A stretch of 64,000 nt of DNA from Alphaproteobacteria bacterium (GTDB lineage Bacteria > Pseudomonadota > Alphaproteobacteria > SP197). Positions within the stretch are counted from its first letter, which is position 1, and each line of letters starts with the position of its first letter. The position numbers and the translations under genes were made by a program. Under the pieces are notes generated by a model. The model saw only the letters and a program-made list of their open reading frames with translations, was not told where the DNA came from and ran no database searches. Location: contig OZ245842.1 in the NCBI GenBank assembly GCA_965228895.1, positions 32,001 to 96,000 of the forward strand. Direction: 5' to 3'. Below are positions 56,182 through 64,000 of the stretch, piece by piece.

Positions 56182-56862
56182 ATGACGGTCTCTAATGGCA
56201 CGGCATCGACGGCGCCGCTGAGCGGCTATCCGGATTATGACGATGGCGGCAGCCTCGTCGCCGCCGCCGCGTTCCGCGATGCCATGGCGAGCCGGCGCAC
56301 GGTCCGCGACTTCGACAGCCGACCGGTGCCGTGCGCGGTAATCGAAACGTGCCTGGAGGCGGCCAACCGGGCGCCGTCGGGCGCCAACATGCGGCCATGG
56401 CATTTTGCCGTTGTCGGGGACGGCGCCATCAAGAAACGCATCCGCGTGGCCGCCGAGGATGAAGAAAAGGCGTTCTACAGCGGCCGCGCGCCCCGGGAAT
56501 GGCTCGACGCGCTGGCGCCGATCGGCACCGATTGGCGGAAACCGTTTCTTGAGACCGCGCCGTGGCTCATTGCGCTGTTCGGCGAGCGGCACGGTCTGTT
56601 GCCGGACGGGCGCAAGGTCAAACACTACTACGTGCCCGAGAGCGTGTGCCTCGCCGGTGGCTTCCTGCTCTGCGCGCTGCACCATGCCGGTCTTGCGACC
56701 TTGACCCACACGCCGAGCCCGATGGGTTTCCTGAACGAGATCCTGGAGCGCCCGGCGCACGAAAAACCCTATCTCCTGATCGTCACCGGCCACCCGGCTG
56801 CTGCCTGCCGTGTGCCGAAGCTGGAACGTCGCGGGCTCGATCAGACGAGCTCGTGGTTTTAG
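56182..56862 (+). CDS. Nitroreductase superfamily, iodotyrosine deiodinase (IYD)-like
   Basis: RRTVR.F, APSGAN..PW.F, lid E..FY and K.FL..APW, LTHTP. Confidence 0.85.
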   Translation: MTVSNGTASTAPLSGYPDYDDGGSLVAAAAFRDAMASRRTVRDFDSRPVPCAVIETCLEAANRAPSGANMRPWHFAVVGDGAIKKRIRVAAEDEEKAFYSGRAPREWLDALAPIGTDWRKPFLETAPWLIALFGERHGLLPDGRKVKHYYVPESVCLAGGFLLCALHHAGLATLTHTPSPMGFLNEILERPAHEKPYLLIVTGHPAAACRVPKLERRGLDQTSSWF

Positions 56863-56890
56863 GTCATTACCTGCTCACGCGGAAGCGGCG

Positions 56891-56959
56891 CCGGCCCACT
56901 CCCCCTCCCGACCACCCCGAGGATGCTGCCATGGGTGGTCGGGAGGGGGAGTGGGCCGG
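56891..56959 (-). repeat. 69-bp palindromic intergenic repeat, copy 2 (inverted)
   Basis: Reverse complement of copy 1, including flanking GGCATCA. Confidence 0.93.
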
Positions 56960-56982
56960 TGATGCCAGAAAAAAGGGACGCC

Positions 56983-57504
56983 CTAGCGCTCCCCATCCGG
57001 TTCGCCGTCGGTGTCGAGGAAAACGTAGATCGCGACGGCCAGGATGGTTGTATAGAACATGAAAGCGGCCTGCTGACCGTTCCACTGGCCCGCCTGCCAC
57101 ATGACGAACCATTCGCCGCCGATCGCCATGAAGCCGATCATCCATAGCCCGACGCCGAACAAGACGCCGATCGCGACAAACGCCTTGGCGCGTTGAAACC
57201 TGGCTTTGGGAGCCCTGAGTGACTTCGCCATCATCCAGGCGGCGATAAGGAAGGCGATGCTGGTGAGCGCTTCGAAGACCATGATGATCAGGTAAGCGAT
57301 GGTCTGGAGCGTCGGATCGGTGATCGCGCGCCAAAGCAGCGGCGAGTTGGGAAAGATCGAATCCATCGACAGCACATGCTGCACGAAGGCCCAGTTGCTG
57401 CCGTAGTCCGTGATGTTGCCGAGTACGGCGAGGAACGCCCATAGGCCGAGGCCTGCTATCAAAATGATCTTCGACAGGCGAATGGCGATGGCGTCAAAGG
57501 GCAT
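56983..57504 (-). CDS. DUF2165-family membrane protein
   Basis: NITDY.SN..FV.HVLSMD, GGEWF.MW. Confidence 0.88.
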   Translation of the reverse strand: MPFDAIAIRLSKIILIAGLGLWAFLAVLGNITDYGSNWAFVQHVLSMDSIFPNSPLLWRAITDPTLQTIAYLIIMVFEALTSIAFLIAAWMMAKSLRAPKARFQRAKAFVAIGVLFGVGLWMIGFMAIGGEWFVMWQAGQWNGQQAAFMFYTTILAVAIYVFLDTDGEPDGER

Positions 57505-57517
57505 AGCAGTCTCTCTC

Positions 57518-57657
57518 CTAGAGCAGATCCTGTTTTGATGGAATCGCTTCGCGATTCGGTCAAGGCAGGTGAATCTGCTCTACTCATAGATGGAGAGCGG
57601 ATTCACGTGGTTTGGTCGAACCGTCAACCGGTTCCTCCTAACCACGATCCGATCTAG
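57518..57657. repeat. CTAG-bounded two-arm repeat with GANTC sites (CIR/RIME-like)
   Basis: CTAGAGCAGATC...GTGAATCTGCTCTA / linker CTCATAGATGG / AGAGCGGATTCAC...GATCCGATCTAG. Confidence 0.8.
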
Positions 57658-57661
57658 TGGG

Positions 57662-58135
57662 TCAAAGCCAACGTCGGACGTTCCGACAATAGGCGTGGTA
57701 GGTCTCGCCGAACTTGCCCTCCAGATACCGTTCCTCGCGCCTTATGACGCCGACGTCGAGGATGATGACGAGCACCACCGTCAGGCCGACCAGCCATATG
57801 TTGTCGAGGGCGCAGGCCAGACCCAGGAACGCCAGACCGAAGGCGATGTAGATGGGATTGCGCGTTACGCCGTAGGGACCGTCGGTCACCAGCGCCGTCG
57901 ACGGTTTCCATGTCTCGACATGGGTCTCGGCGCGGCGGAAACGCACCAGCGAGGACGCCAACAGCGACACCGCCATGACGATCAGGACGCCGCCACCCAT
58001 GATCTGCATGGATGCCGGGATCAACGGCACCGGCCAGACCGCGTCGAGCGCAATACCGATCAGCGCCAACCCCAGGAACAGATAAGGCGGGCGCATGATA
58101 ACGCCGGGTATGTCGGTGGGGTCGTGATCGCTCAC
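57662..58135 (-). CDS. Isoprenylcysteine carboxylmethyltransferase (ICMT/PEMT) family membrane protein
   Basis: LVT.GPY..TRNP.Y, EE.YL..KFG..Y..Y...VRRW. Confidence 0.9.
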   Translation of the reverse strand: MSDHDPTDIPGVIMRPPYLFLGLALIGIALDAVWPVPLIPASMQIMGGGVLIVMAVSLLASSLVRFRRAETHVETWKPSTALVTDGPYGVTRNPIYIAFGLAFLGLACALDNIWLVGLTVVLVIILDVGVIRREERYLEGKFGETYHAYCRNVRRWL

Positions 58136-58208
58136 GGGCGCCTTCGTCCGTTCGTTATCCCGACAGGATATTGGTGCGACGCCATCGTGGCAAAAACCTA
58201 CCGTCAGG

Positions 58209-58715
58209 TCATTCACGCACCGGCGTTTTCGTCATGAAGACGACCGGCAGGTCGACGCCTGTGCTGGTCGCCATGACGTCCTCGAAGACGCTGCGATAGC
58301 CCAGCCGTTCATAGAACGGCACGGCATTGCGGTTGGCGCGGCAAGCGAAGTCGCGGAATCCGTGCGCGATAGCATCGGCCTCGGCGGCTTCGACCAGCAG
58401 GCGGCCCATACCCTGGCCGGTAAACTCGGGATCGACGAAGACCTTGCGGATGCGCGCCGTTTGGGGCTGGTCGGGCACGGTGCACCAGCCGGCGCTGCCG
58501 ACCAGACTGCCACCCGCGTCCTCGGCGACGATCAAATGGTTGTCGTGGAGTTCGTCGCGGTAGGCCGGCGACATGATCTCGTCAACATGGGCCTTGATCT
58601 GCTCTGGCGTGTTCGCGCCACCGCCGAGCGCGGCAAACGAGCGCGCCTGCATGGCGCGCACGGCATCGAAATCGTCCTCGACGATCGCCCGCAGCGTGAC
58701 ATCGGGGCGTGCCAT
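58209..58715 (-). CDS. GNAT acetyltransferase
   Basis: FVDP...GQGMG..L, AVPFYERLGY. Confidence 0.9.
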   Translation of the reverse strand: MARPDVTLRAIVEDDFDAVRAMQARSFAALGGGANTPEQIKAHVDEIMSPAYRDELHDNHLIVAEDAGGSLVGSAGWCTVPDQPQTARIRKVFVDPEFTGQGMGRLLVEAAEADAIAHGFRDFACRANRNAVPFYERLGYRSVFEDVMATSTGVDLPVVFMTKTPVRE

Positions 58716-58719
58716 TGCG

Positions 58720-59985
58720 TCAGACCGCGCGCCAGCCGATATCGCGGCGGCAAAACCCGCCCGGCCAGTCGATCAGGTCGACCGCCTGGTAGGCGCGTTT
58801 TTGGGCGTCGGCGATGGTGTCGCCCAGCGCCGTCACGCCCAGAACGCGGCCGCCACTGGCACGCCATTGATCGCCGTCGCGCTTGCTGCCGGCGTGGAAC
58901 ACCATCACGTCGTCGAGCGCGCCGGCAGCCTCCAAGCCGTTGATAGCGCTGCCCTTTTCGTAGTCTCCGGGGTAGCCGTTGGTGGCCATGACCACGCTCA
59001 GCGCGGCCTTGTCCCACCATCGGAGATCGACGTGGTGTAGCTCGGCTTCGGTCGCGGCAAGCAGCGCCGGCACGATGTCGGACTTCAGGCGCATCATCAG
59101 GACCTGACATTCGGGATCGCCGAATCGCACGTTGTATTCCAGGAGTTTCGGGCCGTCGGATGTCAGCATCAGGCCGCCATAGAGCACGCCCTGAAACGGC
59201 GTGCCGTCGGCGGCCATGGTCGTCAGCGTCGGCTGCACGAAACGCTCCATGACCTCCTCGTGCACGGCATCGGTCACGACGGGCGCCGGTGAATAAGCAC
59301 CCATGCCGCCGGTATTGGAGCCGGTGTCGCCGTCGCCTGCGCGCTTGTGGTCCTGGCTGGTCGCCAGCGGCACGACGTTCTCGCCGTCGGTCAGCACGTG
59401 GAAGCTTGCTTCCTCACCGTCCAGGAACTCTTCGATGACGACGCTGGCGCCGGCATCGCCGAAGATCTTCTCGTCGATCGCCGCCTCGACCGCCTCGATC
59501 GCCTCGGCCGTCGTCATCGCGACGGTCACGCCCTTGCCGGCGGCAAGCCCGTCGGCTTTGACGACAATCGGCGCACCGAGTTTTTCAATGTAGGAAGTGG
59601 CCGGTGCGGACTGATCGAAGCGCTGCCAGCGCGCGGTTGGCACGCCCGCGCGATCCAGCACGTCCTTGGTGAAGGCCTTGCTGCCTTCAAGCTGGGCCGC
59701 CGCGGCGCTGGGACCGAAACAGGCGATGCCCGCGTTCTGCAGCGCGTCGGCAACACCGGCGACAAGGGGTGCTTCAGGACCCGGCACGACCAGATCGATA
59801 CCGTTCTCGACCGCCCATCCTACGATGCCCGCTATGTCCTCGACGCCGACGGCGACCGGCGTGGCGAGCCGGGCGATCGCGTCGCTGCCGGGTGCGCAAA
59901 AGACCTGGTCGACCAAACTCGAATTGGCAATCGCCCAGCACAGCGCGTGTTCTCGCCCGCCGCCGCCCAACACCAGAACCTTCAT
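58720..59985 (-). CDS. purD: Phosphoribosylamine--glycine ligase
   Basis: G.GGREHAL, KADGLAAGKGV, NTGGMGAY, RFGDPECQ. Confidence 0.98.
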   Translation of the reverse strand: MKVLVLGGGGREHALCWAIANSSLVDQVFCAPGSDAIARLATPVAVGVEDIAGIVGWAVENGIDLVVPGPEAPLVAGVADALQNAGIACFGPSAAAAQLEGSKAFTKDVLDRAGVPTARWQRFDQSAPATSYIEKLGAPIVVKADGLAAGKGVTVAMTTAEAIEAVEAAIDEKIFGDAGASVVIEEFLDGEEASFHVLTDGENVVPLATSQDHKRAGDGDTGSNTGGMGAYSPAPVVTDAVHEEVMERFVQPTLTTMAADGTPFQGVLYGGLMLTSDGPKLLEYNVRFGDPECQVLMMRLKSDIVPALLAATEAELHHVDLRWWDKAALSVVMATNGYPGDYEKGSAINGLEAAGALDDVMVFHAGSKRDGDQWRASGGRVLGVTALGDTIADAQKRAYQAVDLIDWPGGFCRRDIGWRAV

Positions 59986-60017
59986 GTTTGCTCCTCTGTC
60001 GCTGTCGCCTGCCGTTG

Positions 60018-60086
60018 CCGGCCCGCTCCCCCTCCCGGCCACCCTTGGCAGCATCCTAGGGGTGGCCGGGAGGGGGAGCGGGCTGG
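60018..60086 (+). repeat. 69-bp palindromic intergenic repeat, copy 3
   Basis: Same arms, loop TTGGCAGCATCCTAG; lies between divergent purD and xseA. Confidence 0.93.
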
Positions 60087-60148
60087 TGCCGCACCAGGCA
60101 AACAAACCACCCCCAGCCCCGCTTGCTGGGTTGCGGCGGTCTTGTATC

Positions 60149-61654
60149 ATGGCCGCCGCCATGGACCCAGATGCCGACGGCCAGCCGGCCAACAATATCC
60201 CCGAGTTTTCGGTTTCCGAGATCAGTCAGGCGGTCAAGCGCACCATCGAAGGCGCGTTCGACCGTGTGCGGGTGCGCGGCGAGATCTCGCGCGTGACCAC
60301 GGCGGCGTCCGGCCACATGTATCTGTCGCTGAAAGACGATAAGGCGGTGCTGGATTCCGTCATCTGGCGCAACACCGCCAACCAATTGCGTCATCGCCCG
60401 GAACAGGGGTTGGAGATGGTCGCGACCGGGCGGCTCACCACCTATGCCGGGCGCTCCAGCTATCAGCTGATCATCGAGAGCATCGAGCCCGCCGGCGTCG
60501 GCGCGCTGATGGCGCTGTTGGAAGAACGCCGCAAGAAGCTCGGCGCCGAAGGCCTGTTCGACGACGCGAGGAAACAGCCAATCCCCTGGCTGCCCGACGT
60601 TATCGGCGTCGTGACGTCACCGACCGGCGCGGTCATTCGCGACATCATGCACCGTCTGCGCGACCGTTTCCCCCGCCATGTGCTGCTGTGGCCGGTCATG
60701 GTGCAGGGTGATGGCGCTGCCGAGCAGGTCGCCGCCGCGATCGAAGGGTTCAACCGGCTTGCCGAAGCCGGCCCGGTGCCGCGGCCCGATGTGCTGATCG
60801 TCGCGCGCGGTGGCGGCAGCGTCGAAGACCTGTGGGCCTTCAACGAAGAGATTGTCGTGCGGGCCGCCGCCGGATCGACGATCCCGCTGATCTCGGCGAT
60901 CGGCCACGAGACCGACACCACACTGATCGACTTCGCCGCCGACCGGCGCGCGCCGACGCCGACCGCTGCCGCCGAGATGGCGGTGCCGGTGCGCGCGGAA
61001 CTGGAAGTTCAGGTACTCGACGCCGAGCAGCGCATGATCGGCGCCGCGCAACGCCAACTCGACCGTCGGCGCGTTGATCTAAGGGGGCTGGCGCGCGGCC
61101 TGCCCGATCCCGTGCGCCTGGTCGAGACAGCGGCACAGGATCTCGACAACGCGACGGAATCGCTACGCCGGGTCGCGACCGTCTTTCTCGGCGAGCGTCG
61201 CCACGGCCTGCGCGACCTGGCCGAGCGTCTGCGTCATCCCCGCGAGCTCCTGGCCGACAAACGTGGCGCGCTGGCCAAGGCCTCGGCCGGGTTACGCCTG
61301 AAGAGCCTTGTCGACAGGCTCGACCAGCAGCACGATCAAGTCATAAGGCGGACGCGCGACCTCGATCAGATCGTGGTGCGCCAGCTCAAAGACCGGAACC
61401 GTCACGTCGCCAACCTGGGCAAACTGCTTGAGAGCTACAGCTACGAGCAAACGTTGAGCCGGGGCTTTGCCGTAATTCTTGATGAAGGCGGCGACGTTCT
61501 TTCCCGTGCCGCGGCGATCAAGCCGGGCATGGCCCTGACCTTGAAGCTCCAGGATGGCGAACGCCACGCAGTGGCCGATGGCGAAACCCCGCCCGCTAAA
61601 CCCCGCGCGAAACCAAAAAAGAAAAGCGGCGGCGACCAGGGCGCGCTGTTTTAG
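60149..61654 (+). CDS. xseA: Exodeoxyribonuclease VII large subunit
   Basis: SGH.Y.SLKD, RGGGSVEDLW.FN, GHETD, PTPTAAAE. Confidence 0.97.
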   Translation: MAAAMDPDADGQPANNIPEFSVSEISQAVKRTIEGAFDRVRVRGEISRVTTAASGHMYLSLKDDKAVLDSVIWRNTANQLRHRPEQGLEMVATGRLTTYAGRSSYQLIIESIEPAGVGALMALLEERRKKLGAEGLFDDARKQPIPWLPDVIGVVTSPTGAVIRDIMHRLRDRFPRHVLLWPVMVQGDGAAEQVAAAIEGFNRLAEAGPVPRPDVLIVARGGGSVEDLWAFNEEIVVRAAAGSTIPLISAIGHETDTTLIDFAADRRAPTPTAAAEMAVPVRAELEVQVLDAEQRMIGAAQRQLDRRRVDLRGLARGLPDPVRLVETAAQDLDNATESLRRVATVFLGERRHGLRDLAERLRHPRELLADKRGALAKASAGLRLKSLVDRLDQQHDQVIRRTRDLDQIVVRQLKDRNRHVANLGKLLESYSYEQTLSRGFAVILDEGGDVLSRAAAIKPGMALTLKLQDGERHAVADGETPPAKPRAKPKKKSGGDQGALF

Positions 61655-62646
61655 ACGGCGGGTTCCGCCTTCTTGTTCAGGACCGGCATCAGCAGCGCGT
61701 CGAGCGCGTCGGGGTCGCGGAACACCAGATTGACGCGGACCGGCCGCGCCATCAGGCGCGCGTCGGCGGGCAGGCGGACCCAGTCTTTTTCGGTCGTGAC
61801 CAATTCGCCGCCGGCCCGGCTCGCGCGTTCGGCCAGGTCCATGATTTCGAGCGGCTGGTAACGGTGGTGGTCGGCGAAACTCTTGGTGCCGACGACGTGG
61901 GCACCAAGGCCCGTGAGCGTCTCGAAGAACTTGACCGGCCTGCCGATGCCAGCGAAAGCAAAGACGGCCTGGCCTTCCAGGACGAGCGCCTCCAGCTGCG
62001 GCTCGATCGCGGCTTCCAGAACGGCCAATCCATGGTTCTTGAGCGCCGGGCCGAACTGGAATTGATCTTCACCGACGATGACGACGGCCTGCGCGCGGTC
62101 CAGGCCACGGGCCACCGGTTCGCGCAGGGGTCCTGCGGGCAGGAGCTGTCCGTTGCCAAAACCATAGGCGCCATCGATCACGATGATGGAGAGATCCTTG
62201 GCGAGGGACGGGTTCTGGAAACCGTCGTCCATGACGATGACGTCGGCGCCCGCTTCCACCGCCTGCCTGGCGCCGGCGACACGGTCGCGCGCTACCCAGA
62301 CCGGCGCGTGCCCGGCCAGCACTAGCGCTTCGTCGCCGACATCAATTGCCGTATCGCTCTTGGCGTCAACCCGATGGGGCCCGGTGCGGCGCCCGCCGTA
62401 ACCGCGTGTCAGAAAGTGAGGTTGCGCGCCCAGGCGGCGCAACTGGCGGGCGATGGTAATCGCGGTCGGCGTTTTGCCGGCGCCGCCTGCGACCAGGTTG
62501 CCGATACAGATGACGGGAACCGCTGCCTTGGCGCCCTGGCCGGCCGATGCTTGGCGCCACCATGCCACGGCACCGTAGCACCAGGCCGCCGGCGCCAGGA
62601 GTGCGGCGAGCAAACCGCGCTTCGACCAGAACTCAGGGGTCTGCAT
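61651..62646 (-). CDS. lpxK: Tetraacyldisaccharide 4'-kinase
   Basis: GN..AGG.GKTP, RGYGG, DDGFQ, LPAGPLRE, TTEKD. Confidence 0.96.
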   Translation of the reverse strand: MQTPEFWSKRGLLAALLAPAAWCYGAVAWWRQASAGQGAKAAVPVICIGNLVAGGAGKTPTAITIARQLRRLGAQPHFLTRGYGGRRTGPHRVDAKSDTAIDVGDEALVLAGHAPVWVARDRVAGARQAVEAGADVIVMDDGFQNPSLAKDLSIIVIDGAYGFGNGQLLPAGPLREPVARGLDRAQAVVIVGEDQFQFGPALKNHGLAVLEAAIEPQLEALVLEGQAVFAFAGIGRPVKFFETLTGLGAHVVGTKSFADHHRYQPLEIMDLAERASRAGGELVTTEKDWVRLPADARLMARPVRVNLVFRDPDALDALLMPVLNKKAEPAV

Positions 62647-63916
62647 GACCCAAGGCGTCGGTGATCGGTTTGAGCGATTCCTCGATCCGGTCCAAGACGC
62701 CGTTTGCATCGCGTTCGGCAATGGCGAGAGCGGCTTCGCCCATCGCTTGGCGTCGATCGGGATCGGCAAACAAGTCGGCGACGGCATCGATCAGGCCGGC
62801 TTCGTCGGCAACCTCGATGGCGCCACCGCCCACGGTCAGCGCCGCGGCCGCATCGACGAAGTTGGTCATGCCGGGCCCGAAGACGACGGCGCGGCCCAGG
62901 CGTGCCGGTTCGCGCGGATTGTGCCCGCCATCGTGCAGCAGCGACTTGCCGATAAAGACGATTGGCCCGAGCTGCAGGTAAAGTCCCATCTCGCCCATGG
63001 TATCGCCCAGGAAGACGTCGCAGCTCTTGTCCGGCATGACGCCGGAACTGCGCCTAACGACGGTCGCGCCGTCGGCTTCCAGCTCGCGTGCGACGTCGTC
63101 ACCGCGTATGGGATGCCGCGGTACAATGACCGATAACAAGTCTGGCAGCGTGGCGGCCAGCTCTTGATGGACCCGCCACGCCAGTGCTTCTTCGCCTTCA
63201 TGGGTGCTTGCGGCGATCCAGACCGGGCGCTCGCCGATCGCGGCGTGCAGGCCTTTGAGGGCGTCCGGGTCGGCTTCCGGTAACGCCGCGACCGCCTTCA
63301 GATCGCCGGCGAAATGCGCCTGCTGCGCACCCAGTTCGGCAAAGCGCTGGGCATCGGTCTCGGTCTGGGCCAGGCAGACCCTGAACCCGCCAACCAGTCC
63401 TTTGACCGTTTCCAGCAGGTAGCGCCAGCGCGCGAACGATCCCGCCGACATGCGGCCGTTGACCAAGGCGCGCGGGATGTCGCGGCGATCGAGCGCCGCC
63501 AACAGGTTGGGCCACAGCTCCGACTCAACCCACAGCGCGGCGTTGGGGCGCCAATGATCGAGGAAACGTCTGACGGCGCCGGGTGTGTCGACCGGGACAA
63601 ACTGATGGATAGCGCGAGGCGGCAATCGCTCGGCGAGGATTTCCGCTGACGTCACCGTGCCCGTCGTCACGAGAACATTGAGATCGTCATGGCGGCTGGT
63701 CAGGCGTTCGATCAGGGGCAGCACCGACAAGGACTCACCGACGCTTGCCGCATGGACCCACAGCAACGGTCCGTCGGGGCGCGGCAGGCCGGGATGACCG
63801 AACCGTTCGCCAAACCGCACGGTCGACTCCTTGCCCCTCGACAAGCGCCGCTTGAGCAGCATCGGTACAAACGGCTCAATAACCCATGCGGTCGAACGGT
63901 AGAGCATCAGGCTCAT
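62633..63916 (-). CDS. waaA: Kdo transferase
   Basis: WVHAASVGE, ESELWPN, PRHP.R, DTMGEM, GGHNP.EP. Confidence 0.97.
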   Translation of the reverse strand: MSLMLYRSTAWVIEPFVPMLLKRRLSRGKESTVRFGERFGHPGLPRPDGPLLWVHAASVGESLSVLPLIERLTSRHDDLNVLVTTGTVTSAEILAERLPPRAIHQFVPVDTPGAVRRFLDHWRPNAALWVESELWPNLLAALDRRDIPRALVNGRMSAGSFARWRYLLETVKGLVGGFRVCLAQTETDAQRFAELGAQQAHFAGDLKAVAALPEADPDALKGLHAAIGERPVWIAASTHEGEEALAWRVHQELAATLPDLLSVIVPRHPIRGDDVARELEADGATVVRRSSGVMPDKSCDVFLGDTMGEMGLYLQLGPIVFIGKSLLHDGGHNPREPARLGRAVVFGPGMTNFVDAAAALTVGGGAIEVADEAGLIDAVADLFADPDRRQAMGEAALAIAERDANGVLDRIEESLKPITDALGHADP

Positions 63917-64000
63917 GATCCCGTCGCTCCGGCCGGTTCCATGTTTGCCGGCATGATCGTATTGACGCCCATCATGGCGTCGGCGCGGGCCGTCAGCTCG
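63913..64000 (-). CDS. C-terminus of the upstream gene (possibly DUF374 acyltransferase-like, by gene order)
   Basis: ...ELTARADAMMGVNTIMPANMEPAGATGS*; TGA overlaps the waaA ATG. Confidence 0.5.
   Translation of the reverse strand, partial: ELTARADAMMGVNTIMPANMEPAGATGS

Noticed and set aside
51758-60086. Repeats considered as a CRISPR array
   Set aside because: Copies are dispersed kilobases apart in both orientations, with no spacers or cas genes.
58720-60195. N-terminal extensions of PurD and XseA that translate the 69-bp repeat
   Set aside because: Canonical starts (59985 and 60149/60161) lie outside the repeat; the open frames reflect its stop-poor composition.

Overview
GC-rich chromosomal window from an alphaproteobacterium (gene order suggests Rhodospirillales-like; this is inference). 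The left half (1-34.9 kb) is an accessory and catabolic patchwork: three GcvA-type LysR regulators, two sulfatases, a porin, a CoA ligase, orphan polyamine-type binding proteins, a GS-like enzyme, cyclases, an MttB-family methyltransferase, bmt and an Flp pilin. The right half is the conserved ribF-ileS-lspA-DUF3035-M16/M16-pgi-mutL...rsmD-rluB-tadA...purD/xseA-lpxK-waaA backbone with small insertions. No rRNA, tRNA, CRISPR array, integrase or transposase was seen. Signals absent from the ORF track: (1) a 26-codon Ile-rich uORF (...RIIGPVLI*) with overlapping hairpins directly upstream of ileS, a candidate isoleucine-sensing attenuator; (2) two tandem LysR/small-protein modules with identically spaced promoter motifs, one driving an unrecognised 45-aa ORF and the other a DUF1127 protein with an ssrA-like C-terminus; (3) two intergenic palindromic repeat families, one showing compensatory base changes; (4) a frameshifted haloalkane dehalogenase remnant. 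All calls come from reading the sequence by eye; no searches were run.
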